64,000 bases of DNA from assembly GCA_964460215.1 (NCBI GenBank), contig CAYWQM010000014.1, forward strand, positions 892 through 64,891. The letters are read 5' to 3'. The notes beneath the pieces were generated by a model. It saw only the letters and a program-made list of their open reading frames with translations, searched no databases and was not told the origin of the DNA. The position numbers and the translations under genes were made by a program. This document shows positions 38,016 to 47,813 of the stretch, piece after piece. This DNA comes from an uncultured Lentisphaerales bacterium. Its GTDB lineage: Bacteria > Verrucomicrobiota > Lentisphaeria > JABSQK01 > CAJWLW01. The stretch's first letter is position 1, and each line of letters opens with the position of its first letter.

Positions 38016-39497
38016 ATGGCCGAGAAAGCAGAAGAACTCGATTTGCAAGCCGAGGAAGAGGAAGAAGAAATTGAGATAGAACTTGTTGATCTTCAAGAGA
38101 TCACCGAGAAGGAAAAGCGTCTTTACGACACTGCCCTGAGTGCACACGAGAGGAAGAACTACGCCTACGGCATTGACCTGCTCCGGACGCTGCTCAAGAA
38201 ATATCCGGGCCTGATCGAGGCGCGCATGAAATTGCGTGAGATGCAGATGGATCGTCTCGGCAAGGTTTCGGCGCTGAGCCAAGGCCTTGCCACTGTCCGC
38301 GCCCTCCTGCCGTATCTCAAGGTAAAACGTCTCGCAGCCAAAGGGAATTACGCCGAAGCCCTCGACGCCGGCGAGGTCGCCATGGGCATGGACCCGACCG
38401 CGTGCTTCCCATGCATCGTCCTTTTTCGCGCCGCCGAAGCTGCAGACGTCGACGCCATCTGCCTGATGGCGCTCGAACAGGCAATCGAGTTCCACCCGAA
38501 AAGTCTGCAGGTGCTCGACTGGCTGGCGCAGCTTTACTCACGCATGGGCATGGGCAAAAAGGCTCTCGTTTGCCGTCAGAAAATCTTCGAAACACGCCCC
38601 AACGACCTGCAGGCCGAGGCTTTTGTAAAGGACGCTATCGCCGAGGCCGCCATGGACGAGGGCGGCTGGGGACGCGTTGCCGAGAGCGATGGCAAACTCG
38701 ATTACCGTTCACTGATCAAGGATACCAGCGAAGCGGTACGCCTTGAGCAGCAGGACCGTACAGTCAAGGGCGACGCCGCGACCGAATTGATAGACGATTT
38801 GTTGAGCCAGATCGCTGAGCAGGATACTATCGACCGGCGCAAGAAAGTGGCGGAACTCTACCTCGGATCCAGCGACTTCGAGAACGCCCTGCTACACTAT
38901 GAACGCGCTCAGGAGCTTTCCGAGGGCGCCGACCCCTCGATCGAAGCGGCAATGACCGGGATCTACGGACGCCAGTACGATGCTGCCATCCGCGAGTGGG
39001 AGGCCTATGTCAAGAGCGAGGAAATCACCGACGAGCAGCGGCAGGAGGGCGAGGCGCAGGTCGCCGAGTTGAAACAGCAGAAGCTGGCGATGTTCCTGCA
39101 ACGCTACACGGAGCGCGTCAAGCGCTACCCCAACGATGTGCCCGAACGCTTCAAGTTCGCGACATTGCTGTGGGAGGACGGACAGGTCGACGAAGCCTTG
39201 CCTCATTTCCAGGTGACGCAGCGCAACGCACGGTTCAAGCAGGAGTCCACTATTTATCTGGGACGGTGTTTTGCCGGCAAGGGCCAGCATGATCTGGCCA
39301 TCGATCAGTATCAGGCCGGTATCGCAGAGCTCGAAGTGATGAACGCCGTCAAGAAAGACGCGCTCTACAGTCTCGCAAAATCCCTCGAGGAGGTCGGGCG
39401 CACTGACGAAGCGATCGACCAATACAAGGAAATCTACGCTGCCGACCTCAGCTACCGTGATGTCGCCGACATCATCACGCGCTCGTACGATAGTTGA
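38016..39497 (+). CDS. Tetratricopeptide-repeat (TPR) protein with an acidic N-terminus
   Basis: Start placed at ATG 38016 (MAEKAEELDLQAEEEEEEIEIELVDLQE…), with GGACGGAG RBS 4-10 nt upstream. Multiple TPR-like A/Y/L-rich repeats. The longer track ORF begins 28 codons earlier, with no RBS. Confidence 0.7.
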   Translation: MAEKAEELDLQAEEEEEEIEIELVDLQEITEKEKRLYDTALSAHERKNYAYGIDLLRTLLKKYPGLIEARMKLREMQMDRLGKVSALSQGLATVRALLPYLKVKRLAAKGNYAEALDAGEVAMGMDPTACFPCIVLFRAAEAADVDAICLMALEQAIEFHPKSLQVLDWLAQLYSRMGMGKKALVCRQKIFETRPNDLQAEAFVKDAIAEAAMDEGGWGRVAESDGKLDYRSLIKDTSEAVRLEQQDRTVKGDAATELIDDLLSQIAEQDTIDRRKKVAELYLGSSDFENALLHYERAQELSEGADPSIEAAMTGIYGRQYDAAIREWEAYVKSEEITDEQRQEGEAQVAELKQQKLAMFLQRYTERVKRYPNDVPERFKFATLLWEDGQVDEALPHFQVTQRNARFKQESTIYLGRCFAGKGQHDLAIDQYQAGIAELEVMNAVKKDALYSLAKSLEEVGRTDEAIDQYKEIYAADLSYRDVADIITRSYDS

Positions 39498-39658
39498 TCC
39501 GGGTTGACGGTGCTGTTGCAGTATTTTTGTATTTGCATTTCCTGCCGTGTGGCTCCGTCCAGCGAAACCGAACTTGATATCTGCGCCTGAGTTGTCCCCC
39601 TGACCCTGATTCCTGATTAGACTATTTGCGCCGCCGCCGGATTGAATTACGTTGACCT

Positions 39659-40453
39659 ATGCAGCAGTACCTCGATCTTATGCGGCATGTCCTCGAGCAT
39701 GGCGCCGAAAAACACGACCGCACCGGCACCGGCACTCACAGCGTCTTCGGGTACCAGATGCGATTCGACCTGGCTGCCGGTTTCCCCTTGCTGACGACCA
39801 AGAAACTCCATGTCAAGTCGATCATCCACGAGCTCTTGTGGTTCATTGCCGGCGACACGAATGTCAAGTACCTGACCGACAACGGCGTGCGCATCTGGAA
39901 CGAATGGGCTGATGAGAACGGCGATCTCGGCCCGGTCTACGGGCACCAGTGGCGCCACTGGGACACACCTGAGGGCGGCCACGTTGATCAGCTCCGGCAA
40001 CTGCTCGACCAGCTGCAGAGCAATCCCGATTCACGACGATTGCTGGTCTGCGCCTGGAACCCCGGTGATGTCGGGCGCATGGCGCTGCCGCCCTGCCACT
40101 GCCTCTTTCAGTTCTACGTTGCCGACCGGCGACTCTCATGCCAGTTGTACCAGCGCAGCGCCGATATCTTTCTCGGGGTGCCGTTCAATATTGCTTCGTA
40201 CGCGCTGTTGACGTTGATGATCGCGCAAGTCGCCGGCCTCTCACCCGGCGAATTTGTCCACACCTTCGGCGACGCCCACCTGTATACCAACCATCTCGAG
40301 CAGGCCCGGCTGCAGCTCAGCCGAGAACCGCGCGAACTGCCCGGAATAGTGCTTAATCCGGCGGTGCAGTCGATCTTCGACTTTACTTTCGAGGACTTCG
40401 AACTGCAGGCCTACGACCCGCACTCCCACATCAAGGCGGCGGTGTCGGTATGA
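39659..40453 (+). CDS. thyA: Thymidylate synthase
   Basis: 264 aa with canonical ThyA blocks ([24 protein letters not shown] active-site Cys, DAHLYTNH). Confidence 0.95.
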   Translation: MQQYLDLMRHVLEHGAEKHDRTGTGTHSVFGYQMRFDLAAGFPLLTTKKLHVKSIIHELLWFIAGDTNVKYLTDNGVRIWNEWADENGDLGPVYGHQWRHWDTPEGGHVDQLRQLLDQLQSNPDSRRLLVCAWNPGDVGRMALPPCHCLFQFYVADRRLSCQLYQRSADIFLGVPFNIASYALLTLMIAQVAGLSPGEFVHTFGDAHLYTNHLEQARLQLSREPRELPGIVLNPAVQSIFDFTFEDFELQAYDPHSHIKAAVSV

Positions 40454-40947
40454 GCCTGGCGATTATCGCCGCAATCGCCGGCAACGGCGTCATCGGCCGG
40501 GACAACACCTTGCCCTGGCATCTGCCGGACGATCTTAAATGGTTCAAGCACCATACCCTGGATCACACCGTCATCATGGGGCGCCACACCTACGAGTCGA
40601 TCGGCCGACCGCTGCCGCGGCGGCGGTTCATTGTCGTCAGCCGCAACCCGGCATTTACTGCCCACGGCGTGGTCGCGGCACCGTCGCTGGCTGCTGCACT
40701 GGCAGCGGCGGGGCAGGACGATATATTTATCATCGGTGGTGCGGCACTGTTCCGCGAGGCGCTGCCGTTGGCCGATCGGCTGTACATCACCAGGATCCAC
40801 GCCGAGGTGGCGGGCGATGTATATTTTCCCGACCTCGACATCGAAGAGTGGATCACGGTATCGTCGGAACCGCACGCGGCGGATGAGCGACATGCCTATG
40901 CGTTTTCGTTCGAGATTCTCGACCGCAAGCGCCCGGGTCAAAAATAG
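40450..40947 (+). CDS. folA: Dihydrofolate reductase
   Basis: 165 aa. [33 protein letters not shown] is the classic DHFR N-terminus. 4-nt overlap with thyA. Confidence 0.9.
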   Translation: MSLAIIAAIAGNGVIGRDNTLPWHLPDDLKWFKHHTLDHTVIMGRHTYESIGRPLPRRRFIVVSRNPAFTAHGVVAAPSLAAALAAAGQDDIFIIGGAALFREALPLADRLYITRIHAEVAGDVYFPDLDIEEWITVSSEPHAADERHAYAFSFEILDRKRPGQK

Positions 40948-40962
40948 AATCAAGGGTCAGAT

Positions 40963-41349
40963 GTGAAAGCCATGCCACTGTTGCTCGCCGTGCTTTTGGC
41001 CGGGACGTCCTGTCAGGTGTTCCAGAGTACTGACATCGATGATGTCATGCGCGGTGACACCAAGAAACACCTGGTCCCCGGCGTTACGACGCGCGAGGAC
41101 TTGCGTGCCAAACTTGGGAACCCGGACAAAATCGAGACGACCCGGGGCAATCCTGTGTGGACCTATGAGTGGACCACGCGCGAGCGGCGCACTGCCTATT
41201 CAGGCCGGCGCATCGGTGAAGAGCGCGACGCCTATCGCGACCTGCCCGGCTACACCCACTACATCACCAAGACCACCGTGCTGACGCTGTTCTTTGACGA
41301 GGACGGACTCCTGGTGAAACACCAGATGTTCTCGCCGGACGGCCAGTGA
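40963..41349 (+). CDS. Small outer-membrane lipoprotein (SmpA/OmlA / BamE-like)
   Basis: 128 aa. Signal + lipobox (LLAGTSC). LVPGVTTREDLRAKLGNPD resembles the BamE/OmlA fold motif. Confidence 0.55.
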   Translation: MKAMPLLLAVLLAGTSCQVFQSTDIDDVMRGDTKKHLVPGVTTREDLRAKLGNPDKIETTRGNPVWTYEWTTRERRTAYSGRRIGEERDAYRDLPGYTHYITKTTVLTLFFDEDGLLVKHQMFSPDGQ

Positions 41350-41368
41350 CGGCGCGTCCCGGTTCGGT

Positions 41369-41959
41369 GTGATGCCCGATACCCTGTCGATCCTTACCGG
41401 TGAATATGAGCGCCTCCGCCTGGCTGCCGGTCATGCCGCGATCGAATTGGACCTGGGCTGCGGCAAAGGTGGATATCTGCTCGAGCTTGCCAGACGCTTC
41501 CCCGACCGCCTAATCATCGGTGCCGATGTCATGCTGGGGCGACTGCGGAAGATCAAGCGCAAGGCCGAGCGCCGTGACCTGGACAATGTCATGTTGCTGC
41601 GCGTTGAAGCCTGGTCGCTGTTGCCGCTGCTGCCCGACGGGGTGCTCGATCGCATCCACATCCTCTGCCCGGACCCGTGGCCGAAGGCCCGGCACCGGGC
41701 GCATCGATTGATCACTTCGGAGTTTCTCGGGCGGTTGGCCGGCAAGCTCACCGCGACCGGGGTGTTGCATCTGGCGACCGACAACGGGCCGTACCTGGAG
41801 ACGATGCGGGCGGCGATTGCGCCGTTGGCAAGCTACCGCGAGGATCGGGAGGGAATCAGGGATGCGGTCGATATCCAGACGGATTTCGAGCGCGGCTTCG
41901 CAGCCCGGGGCGTCGCTGTCGGACACCTGAGCTATCGGCGTGAAGAGCAGCTGGTTTGA
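41369..41959 (+). CDS. trmB: tRNA (guanine46-N7)-methyltransferase
   Basis: 196 aa with a SAM-MTase motif (LDLGCGKGGYLLELA) and TrmB blocks (HILCPDPWPKARH). Confidence 0.85.
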   Translation: MMPDTLSILTGEYERLRLAAGHAAIELDLGCGKGGYLLELARRFPDRLIIGADVMLGRLRKIKRKAERRDLDNVMLLRVEAWSLLPLLPDGVLDRIHILCPDPWPKARHRAHRLITSEFLGRLAGKLTATGVLHLATDNGPYLETMRAAIAPLASYREDREGIRDAVDIQTDFERGFAARGVAVGHLSYRREEQLV

Positions 41960-42162
41960 CTACGCGCGGAGCTGGGGGACAACGGTCCGAATGACTGGTC
42001 AACACGAGAAGGTGACGTAGGTCAGGGGTACCGTGTCGTTCCGCGGTTGTGTCAGCGGCAATCAAGACGGATCAGCCCTGATTAATCTATCTTGGGCCTC
42101 GCCTCTCGCGGCAAACAGGATGTCGGCAACCGTCAGGTTAGTACCAAACGCTATCGACTTGT

Positions 42163-43170
42163 TTAGTCCGGAAAGTTTGGCGTGCCGGTGGCATCCGGAT
42201 CTGTTCCGCCAGAGGTGAGTGGATGACCGCCGCCTCTCCAAGTGACGCCGCCGTATGTGCGCGGGAAATTCGCACCGGTTACTGCAGCACTTACGGGGGC
42301 GGCAGCCCAGTTACCGGAAATGCCGGATGCCCCGTATCCTTTCACATGACCATCAGCGAAAACAACGTTGGCTTTGCCGCCGCTGTCGTTATAGCTCCCG
42401 CCATGCCGTAATCCCAAGTTATAGAACGGCGTGTAGGACTGGTTCGGCAGGGCAACCCCTACCGTATGTCCACCGCCGACAACGGCGTGCCTGGAGTCGC
42501 CCAGTAACGGTATGACCGATGGCGAATCGGCAAATCCCTTATCAGAAGCGGAGGTAAAAAGGCAGGAAGTCATCTTGCCGCTGTTGCCAGCGTAGCAACA
42601 TTGACCTTTATCCATCGTCACTGGTTTGAGCCAGACAAATGCACCGTAGGTAGAGCCACGCGGCGCCCACTTAGCAGTGTTGCCGCTTGTGGTGGTCCAG
42701 TTACTGATTGGGATGTCTCCACTGACAGCTGAATGGCTTACGAAGTTGGCTCGAGCATCCGCATCCGTCTTGAAGTCTACGTCGGCGGGGCACCAGTTGA
42801 TTTGCACATCCAACCAGTAATTTGCAGCGGAGGTGTCCACCTGTTCGTAGTATCCGCCATCGTTGAAGGTCTGCCACCAGACAATGTGTTTGCCCAAGGG
42901 ATCGTTAAAGCCGCACTCCAACCCAGTCAGCACCCCCGCTCGTCCGGCATACGGACCCGGAAAGCTGCCCTTTGAATCACCCATGTACATCGCATAAATC
43001 TTTCCCCACTGACTCAGCTGGCTGGTGCAGGAGATGCCGCGCGCCGTCGCTCTGGCTTTTTGCAGCGCTGGCAGAAGCATGCCTGCCAAAATAGCGATGA
43101 TTGCGATAACGACCAGCAACTCTATCAGAGTAAAGTGTTGCCCTCGCTTTTTCATGGTCAACGAATTCAT
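42163..43170 (-). CDS. DUF1559-type protein: prepilin-type N-terminal cleavage/methylation domain + H-X9-DG C-terminal motif
   Basis: [40 protein letters not shown] (class III signal / pseudopilin-like), and C-terminal [12 protein letters not shown]. Start at 43170 is supported by AGAGGAAA RBS; the track ORF begins 20 codons earlier. Family typical of Planctomycetes/Verrucomicrobia. Confidence 0.85.
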   Translation of the reverse strand: MNSLTMKKRGQHFTLIELLVVIAIIAILAGMLLPALQKARATARGISCTSQLSQWGKIYAMYMGDSKGSFPGPYAGRAGVLTGLECGFNDPLGKHIVWWQTFNDGGYYEQVDTSAANYWLDVQINWCPADVDFKTDADARANFVSHSAVSGDIPISNWTTTSGNTAKWAPRGSTYGAFVWLKPVTMDKGQCCYAGNSGKMTSCLFTSASDKGFADSPSVIPLLGDSRHAVVGGGHTVGVALPNQSYTPFYNLGLRHGGSYNDSGGKANVVFADGHVKGYGASGISGNWAAAPVSAAVTGANFPRTYGGVTWRGGGHPLTSGGTDPDATGTPNFPD

Positions 43171-43316
43171 TTTGTATTTCCTCTTAAAGTAGGATTTCGG
43201 AGATGTAAGTTTTCCTGTAAACCGCCCCAAATTACTTTGGTAGCGTTAGTTTAACACAAGGAGTCGACCATGCAAACCGGACAGAGGCAAGGTTCACCGA
43301 ATTTAGCCGTACCCAT

Positions 43317-44168
43317 ATGACGAAAAAAAAGCTGATTCAATTGCTCGTCGATCTCGACCTCCGCCCGAGCCGCAAGCTCGGACAAAACTTTCTGATTGAC
43401 AATAACATCCTCGATATCATTGCGGGCCACGCTGCCACTGCTGCCACCGGCAATTTCATTGAAATCGGCGCCGGCACCGGCGTACTCACTGAGCGCCTCG
43501 CAGCCCTCGGCCGGGTTACCGCCATCGAATATGACAACCGCCTGGCAGAATACCTGCAAAACCGCTTCAGCCGGAACGATCAGGTGACCATTGTCCACAA
43601 GGACGCTGTTCGTCTGGATTATGATCAACTGGCGGACGGACCCTACGATTGTATCGCCAATCTGCCCTATGCCGCCAGTACCGCCATCCTCGGCAGGCTC
43701 ATGGCGACTGCCAATCGCCCAGCCTTCATCCTGGTGCTTCTGCAACGGGAGATGGCCGAGCGTCTGACCGCAGAACCCCGATCGAAAGCCTATGGCAGCC
43801 TGACCGTACGGTTGCGTTCGTGTTATGATGTCAAGATTGTTAAACAGGTTTCTGCCAACGTCTTTTGGCCGATACCCGAGGTTGATTCCTCACTGGTTGC
43901 CATGCGGATCCGTGATGATGCCGCCGACTGCGACCTCTCCCGGCGCCTTTCTAAACTTACGCGGCTGGCCTTCAGCCAGCGCCGCAAAAAACTCCCGGGC
44001 GTCCTCGCCCGTCATTACCATCCCTCGACCGTTGTCGAAAGCTTCGACCGGTTCGGAATCGATACCGATATCCGCGCCGACGCTCTGCCCATCGCCGACT
44101 ACCGCCGGTTGGCCCAGGCCCTGCCGGCCCCGGAGCAGTCAAGTGCGGATTCGGATGTGCAGGATTAA
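43317..44168 (+). CDS. rsmA: 16S rRNA (adenine1518/1519-N6)-dimethyltransferase
   Basis: 283 aa. RPSRKLGQNFLIDNNILD and EIGAGTGVLTERL SAM motifs are typical of KsgA/RsmA. Confidence 0.9.
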   Translation: MTKKKLIQLLVDLDLRPSRKLGQNFLIDNNILDIIAGHAATAATGNFIEIGAGTGVLTERLAALGRVTAIEYDNRLAEYLQNRFSRNDQVTIVHKDAVRLDYDQLADGPYDCIANLPYAASTAILGRLMATANRPAFILVLLQREMAERLTAEPRSKAYGSLTVRLRSCYDVKIVKQVSANVFWPIPEVDSSLVAMRIRDDAADCDLSRRLSKLTRLAFSQRRKKLPGVLARHYHPSTVVESFDRFGIDTDIRADALPIADYRRLAQALPAPEQSSADSDVQD

Positions 44169-44501
44169 TGCCGAAAACCTGCGTATGACGCGCAACTCGT
44201 TCTATTAGTCCTCAATATCAGGCCGGCGATGATTGCTGCAATTGGCCGGTGCCTGTTGAAAAATCCACGAATTGTGTGAATTACACGCTTCCACACCCGA
44301 AAACACCGAAGAAAGTATAGAAAAAACCGATCGTTTTTGCAACCTTTTTCGTCTGTTGCAGGTGATCCTTGCAAGACAACAACCGGCAAAAAAAAAGATA
44401 AAAATCAGAGAATCCGTCTCTGCATGGATACAAATCACATTGGTTCGAGAAAAAAAATGGCACCGGGCCGGCCGTTCCACAACAACACATTCGTAGCTGT
44501 A

Positions 44502-47500
44502 TTATTCGCTCGTATCGAACCACGGCAGTGCCTGCCAAACCCGGACGTCGCGACCGGAGCCGGCCAGCGCCAGCTTCAGATTGTCCGGGGACAGGGCCAT
44601 CGCGTGAACTGGATTTTTTCCCGGTATCGCGAAAAGCTCATTGCCGTCGGTCACCTCCCACACCCGTGTCAGCCGATCGGCGCTGCCGGAAAAAAGCCGC
44701 CTGCCGTCAGCTGAAAAGATCATATCCGTCACGGCCGCATCGTGTCTGGTCTGTCGCCAGAGGAGGGTACTGTCGAGTTGCCGGACTTCGCAACTGCCGT
44801 CGCGGTACCCTACAGCCAGCAGCCCTTGTGCACTGACCGCGACAACTGAGACCGGGGCGCCACCGTCGAATCCCCCAGTTGCCGCTCCGGTTGTCACGTC
44901 CCAGAACCGTACGTTGCCGTCATCCCCGGCCGAAACTGCCTGGCGACTGTCGGGAAGGAAAGCGACGGTCCTTACCGCTCCCTGATGCTGGTTGAATGTT
45001 TGCAGCGCTTGTCCGCTATCCGTTTTCCACAAGCGTGCCGAGCCGTCGAGGCTTCCTGTCAAGATGGACCGGCCATCGGCGGCGGCGGCGGCGGCGGTCA
45101 CCAGATCCGCGTGCCCGTTGCATTCGATCGGCGCCAGCTTGCTGTCCAGTGTCCAGATCCAGGCATTGTTTCCGGCGGCTGCCAGCAGCCGGTTGTTGTC
45201 GAGAAAGACGACTGCTGCCACGGTAGTTTCGTGACGCAGTGTTGGTATTGCTTCCGTGTCCTTCCGTGGCCATAGATAGACCATGCCGTCGTTACTGCCG
45301 CTGGCCAGTCGCCGGCCGTTCGGGCTGTACGCCAGGCAGCGCACGTCACCCGTATGCCGGCGATAGGTGCGGGGCATCGCATCGTTGGCGATCCGCCACA
45401 CCTTGATGCGGCCGGCTGCATCGGTGCTGGTTACCGTGCCTGCGTCGGTGAGTACCACACGGGTGATTGCCTCGCCCTGTCCGCTGAACGTGTGCCGCAG
45501 CGACTGCAGGCCGATATCCCAGATGCGAATAGTACCATCGCTGCTGCCGGCCGCCAGTACACCCTTGATCGCTGCCACTGCCGTGACCGGGCCTGTATTC
45601 TCGTTCATTGTCATGACTGTGCGAGCGTTTTTCACATCCCAAAACGTCACACTCCCATCCGCAGTCACGGTGAACGCATGCGGCGTGTTCCGGACAAACC
45701 CGATATCGACAAACCGGCCGGCCAGGGTTTCGTGCCGGCGATTTCGCAAATCGTGGATTCTTGCTTCACCGACTGCATCCAGGCTGACCAGCCAGCGGCG
45801 GTTGATAGCCAGGGCAGTGACGGCGTTGGTGTGTGAATCAGGCAGCACGTGACTGTTGCCGAAATCGTCGCCTGTCCACGCGCGCAGGGTGCCGTTTTCG
45901 CTGCCGGCAACGATGACCCTGCCGTTCGTTGATGCGGCGATGCATGTCACCGCACCGTCTTGGCTGCCAAGCGTCTGGAATTCGCTGCCGCGCCAGGTGC
46001 GCACCAGGCCGTCGTCGCTGCCGGTGACGATTCGGCCACTGCTGTCGAGTGCCAGACATCGGGTACCTGCGGTCACGCGACCGAGCTCGGCTTCCGCTAT
46101 GTCCGCGGCGGTGTTCCACACGACGACACTGCCGTCCGGCCCTGCCGTGACGACCTGCTCGCCGTTGCTGCCGGCGGCCATGGCGCGCAAGGGGCCGCCG
46201 GTATCGATCTGCGCTATAAGGCGATCCGCCTGGCGTCGCAATCGGCCCCATTCCCAGTGGCGCGCGGTTGCCGGGCACAGGTCCAGTTCCTGCATTACCG
46301 CGTCGTAGCGTTGGTTTTTAAGTGCTGCTGTTGCTAGCCGGAGCCGATAGGCGTAGCTATACCGTGTGCTTGTCTGCTGCAGCTCGGTGATCCTGCCGTC
46401 GCGAGTGCTCACCAGGTTTTCCTGTCGCTGCGCTTCGGCGCGGACAATCGAGGCGTGATGCTCCAACGCTTCGATGTAGCGCTTGTCCAAGGACGTCATC
46501 TGATGTCGCCGCTCGAGAGCGAAGAAGAACGCCACGATCAGCAGACTGATGATCGCTATACTGGTCGCGATCAGGCTGGCCTCCCGCTGGTTACGCTTGA
46601 ACAACAGCCAGGATCGCTTCCACAGGCCGGCGCCTTCTACCGATGTGGCGTATCCGGCGAGGTACGCCTCGATGTCGGCTCTGAGATCTTCGACTTTCTG
46701 ATAACGCTGCGCCGGATTCTGGGCCATCGACTTCATCACCACCGCCTCGAGTTCCGGTGGGATCGCGTGGTCCGTTCGCTGGCCAGGCGGCACGATCGTG
46801 CCGCGTCGCGTCTGGCGTATCATCTCCTTCGGCGTCTCGCCGACGATCGGGCACTTGTGGGTCAGGATCATGTACAGAATTGCCCCAAGCGAATAAATGT
46901 CCGTACGTTCGTCCTGCTGTGCCACGTTGCCTTCAGCTTGCTCAGGAGCCATGAAGCCCGGCGTGCCCCGGATGATCCCGTCTCGTGTTGGTGTGCTGCC
47001 ATTGGCGGTCTGGCTGCCAATGGCCGTTCCTGTCCGCTGTGGTGTTTCGCGGCTGAGCTGTTTGGCCAGGCCCCAGTCGAGCAGGATCACCTCGCCATAG
47101 TCTCCGATCATGACGTTGTTGGGCTTAAGGTCCAGGTGAATGATGCCACGCGAATGCGCGAAAGCGGTGGCATCACAGAGTTTACCGAAGTCCTCCAGCA
47201 TCGAGCGCAGCGGTTTCCTGGCGACGATGTCACCGTCGCCGTCCTTCAGGCGCATAACCAGGTCATAAAGATTGGCGCCCTGCACCCAGGTCATCGTGAA
47301 GTACGGGTCGCCGTGGATCGACCAGCCGATATCGTGGACCGGCACGATATTGGGGTGTTCCAGGTGGGCGACAATCCGCGCTTCGCGTGTGAATCTGTCG
47401 ATAAGTTCGAGGTCGCCGTTGGCGCGGAGTACGACTTTCATCGCCACCTCGCGTTGCGCGGCCAGGTCGCGGGCCCGCAGAATGCAGCCCATGCCGCCCA

Positions 47501-47699
47501 GGGCGATGACGTCGAGGATTTCGTACTTGCTGTCGGGCTGCCAGGCATCGCGCGCGATCGCCACCGCCTCGTCCATCAATTCGGCGTGCGACCGGCCGTC
47601 GTGTTCAGCTTCATTGTTGACACGGCTCGTGTAGAACTGCGAAAAGTCCGGCAGGTCGCTGCTCGATTCGGGCCCGTATGTACCGCTGTCGCTGGTCAT
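44502..47699 (-). CDS. Ser/Thr protein kinase (Hanks-type) with one TM helix and a large C-terminal WD40 beta-propeller region
   Basis: 1065 aa. Kinase subdomains (AMKVV, HRDLKPNN, DWGLAK, GTPGFMAPE). TM segment SLIATSIAIISLLIVAFFFAL. Many WD-like repeats (…GSDDGLVRTW…, SGSNDGMVYLW, TGSLDGSARLW, …). Confidence 0.85.
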   Translation of the reverse strand: MTSDSGTYGPESSSDLPDFSQFYTSRVNNEAEHDGRSHAELMDEAVAIARDAWQPDSKYEILDVIALGGMGCILRARDLAAQREVAMKVVLRANGDLELIDRFTREARIVAHLEHPNIVPVHDIGWSIHGDPYFTMTWVQGANLYDLVMRLKDGDGDIVARKPLRSMLEDFGKLCDATAFAHSRGIIHLDLKPNNVMIGDYGEVILLDWGLAKQLSRETPQRTGTAIGSQTANGSTPTRDGIIRGTPGFMAPEQAEGNVAQQDERTDIYSLGAILYMILTHKCPIVGETPKEMIRQTRRGTIVPPGQRTDHAIPPELEAVVMKSMAQNPAQRYQKVEDLRADIEAYLAGYATSVEGAGLWKRSWLLFKRNQREASLIATSIAIISLLIVAFFFALERRHQMTSLDKRYIEALEHHASIVRAEAQRQENLVSTRDGRITELQQTSTRYSYAYRLRLATAALKNQRYDAVMQELDLCPATARHWEWGRLRRQADRLIAQIDTGGPLRAMAAGSNGEQVVTAGPDGSVVVWNTAADIAEAELGRVTAGTRCLALDSSGRIVTGSDDGLVRTWRGSEFQTLGSQDGAVTCIAASTNGRVIVAGSENGTLRAWTGDDFGNSHVLPDSHTNAVTALAINRRWLVSLDAVGEARIHDLRNRRHETLAGRFVDIGFVRNTPHAFTVTADGSVTFWDVKNARTVMTMNENTGPVTAVAAIKGVLAAGSSDGTIRIWDIGLQSLRHTFSGQGEAITRVVLTDAGTVTSTDAAGRIKVWRIANDAMPRTYRRHTGDVRCLAYSPNGRRLASGSNDGMVYLWPRKDTEAIPTLRHETTVAAVVFLDNNRLLAAAGNNAWIWTLDSKLAPIECNGHADLVTAAAAAADGRSILTGSLDGSARLWKTDSGQALQTFNQHQGAVRTVAFLPDSRQAVSAGDDGNVRFWDVTTGAATGGFDGGAPVSVVAVSAQGLLAVGYRDGSCEVRQLDSTLLWRQTRHDAAVTDMIFSADGRRLFSGSADRLTRVWEVTDGNELFAIPGKNPVHAMALSPDNLKLALAGSGRDVRVWQALPWFDTSE

Positions 47700-47813
47700 G
47701 GGCGTACTCGTAAACTATTTGGTGTTTGCGCGAGGCTGTTGCATGGTCTTACATCGGTGATCTGTGGCTCGACAGTGGTGCGTTTGGCGATCGCACGTTA
47801 CCGGGACATGTAC

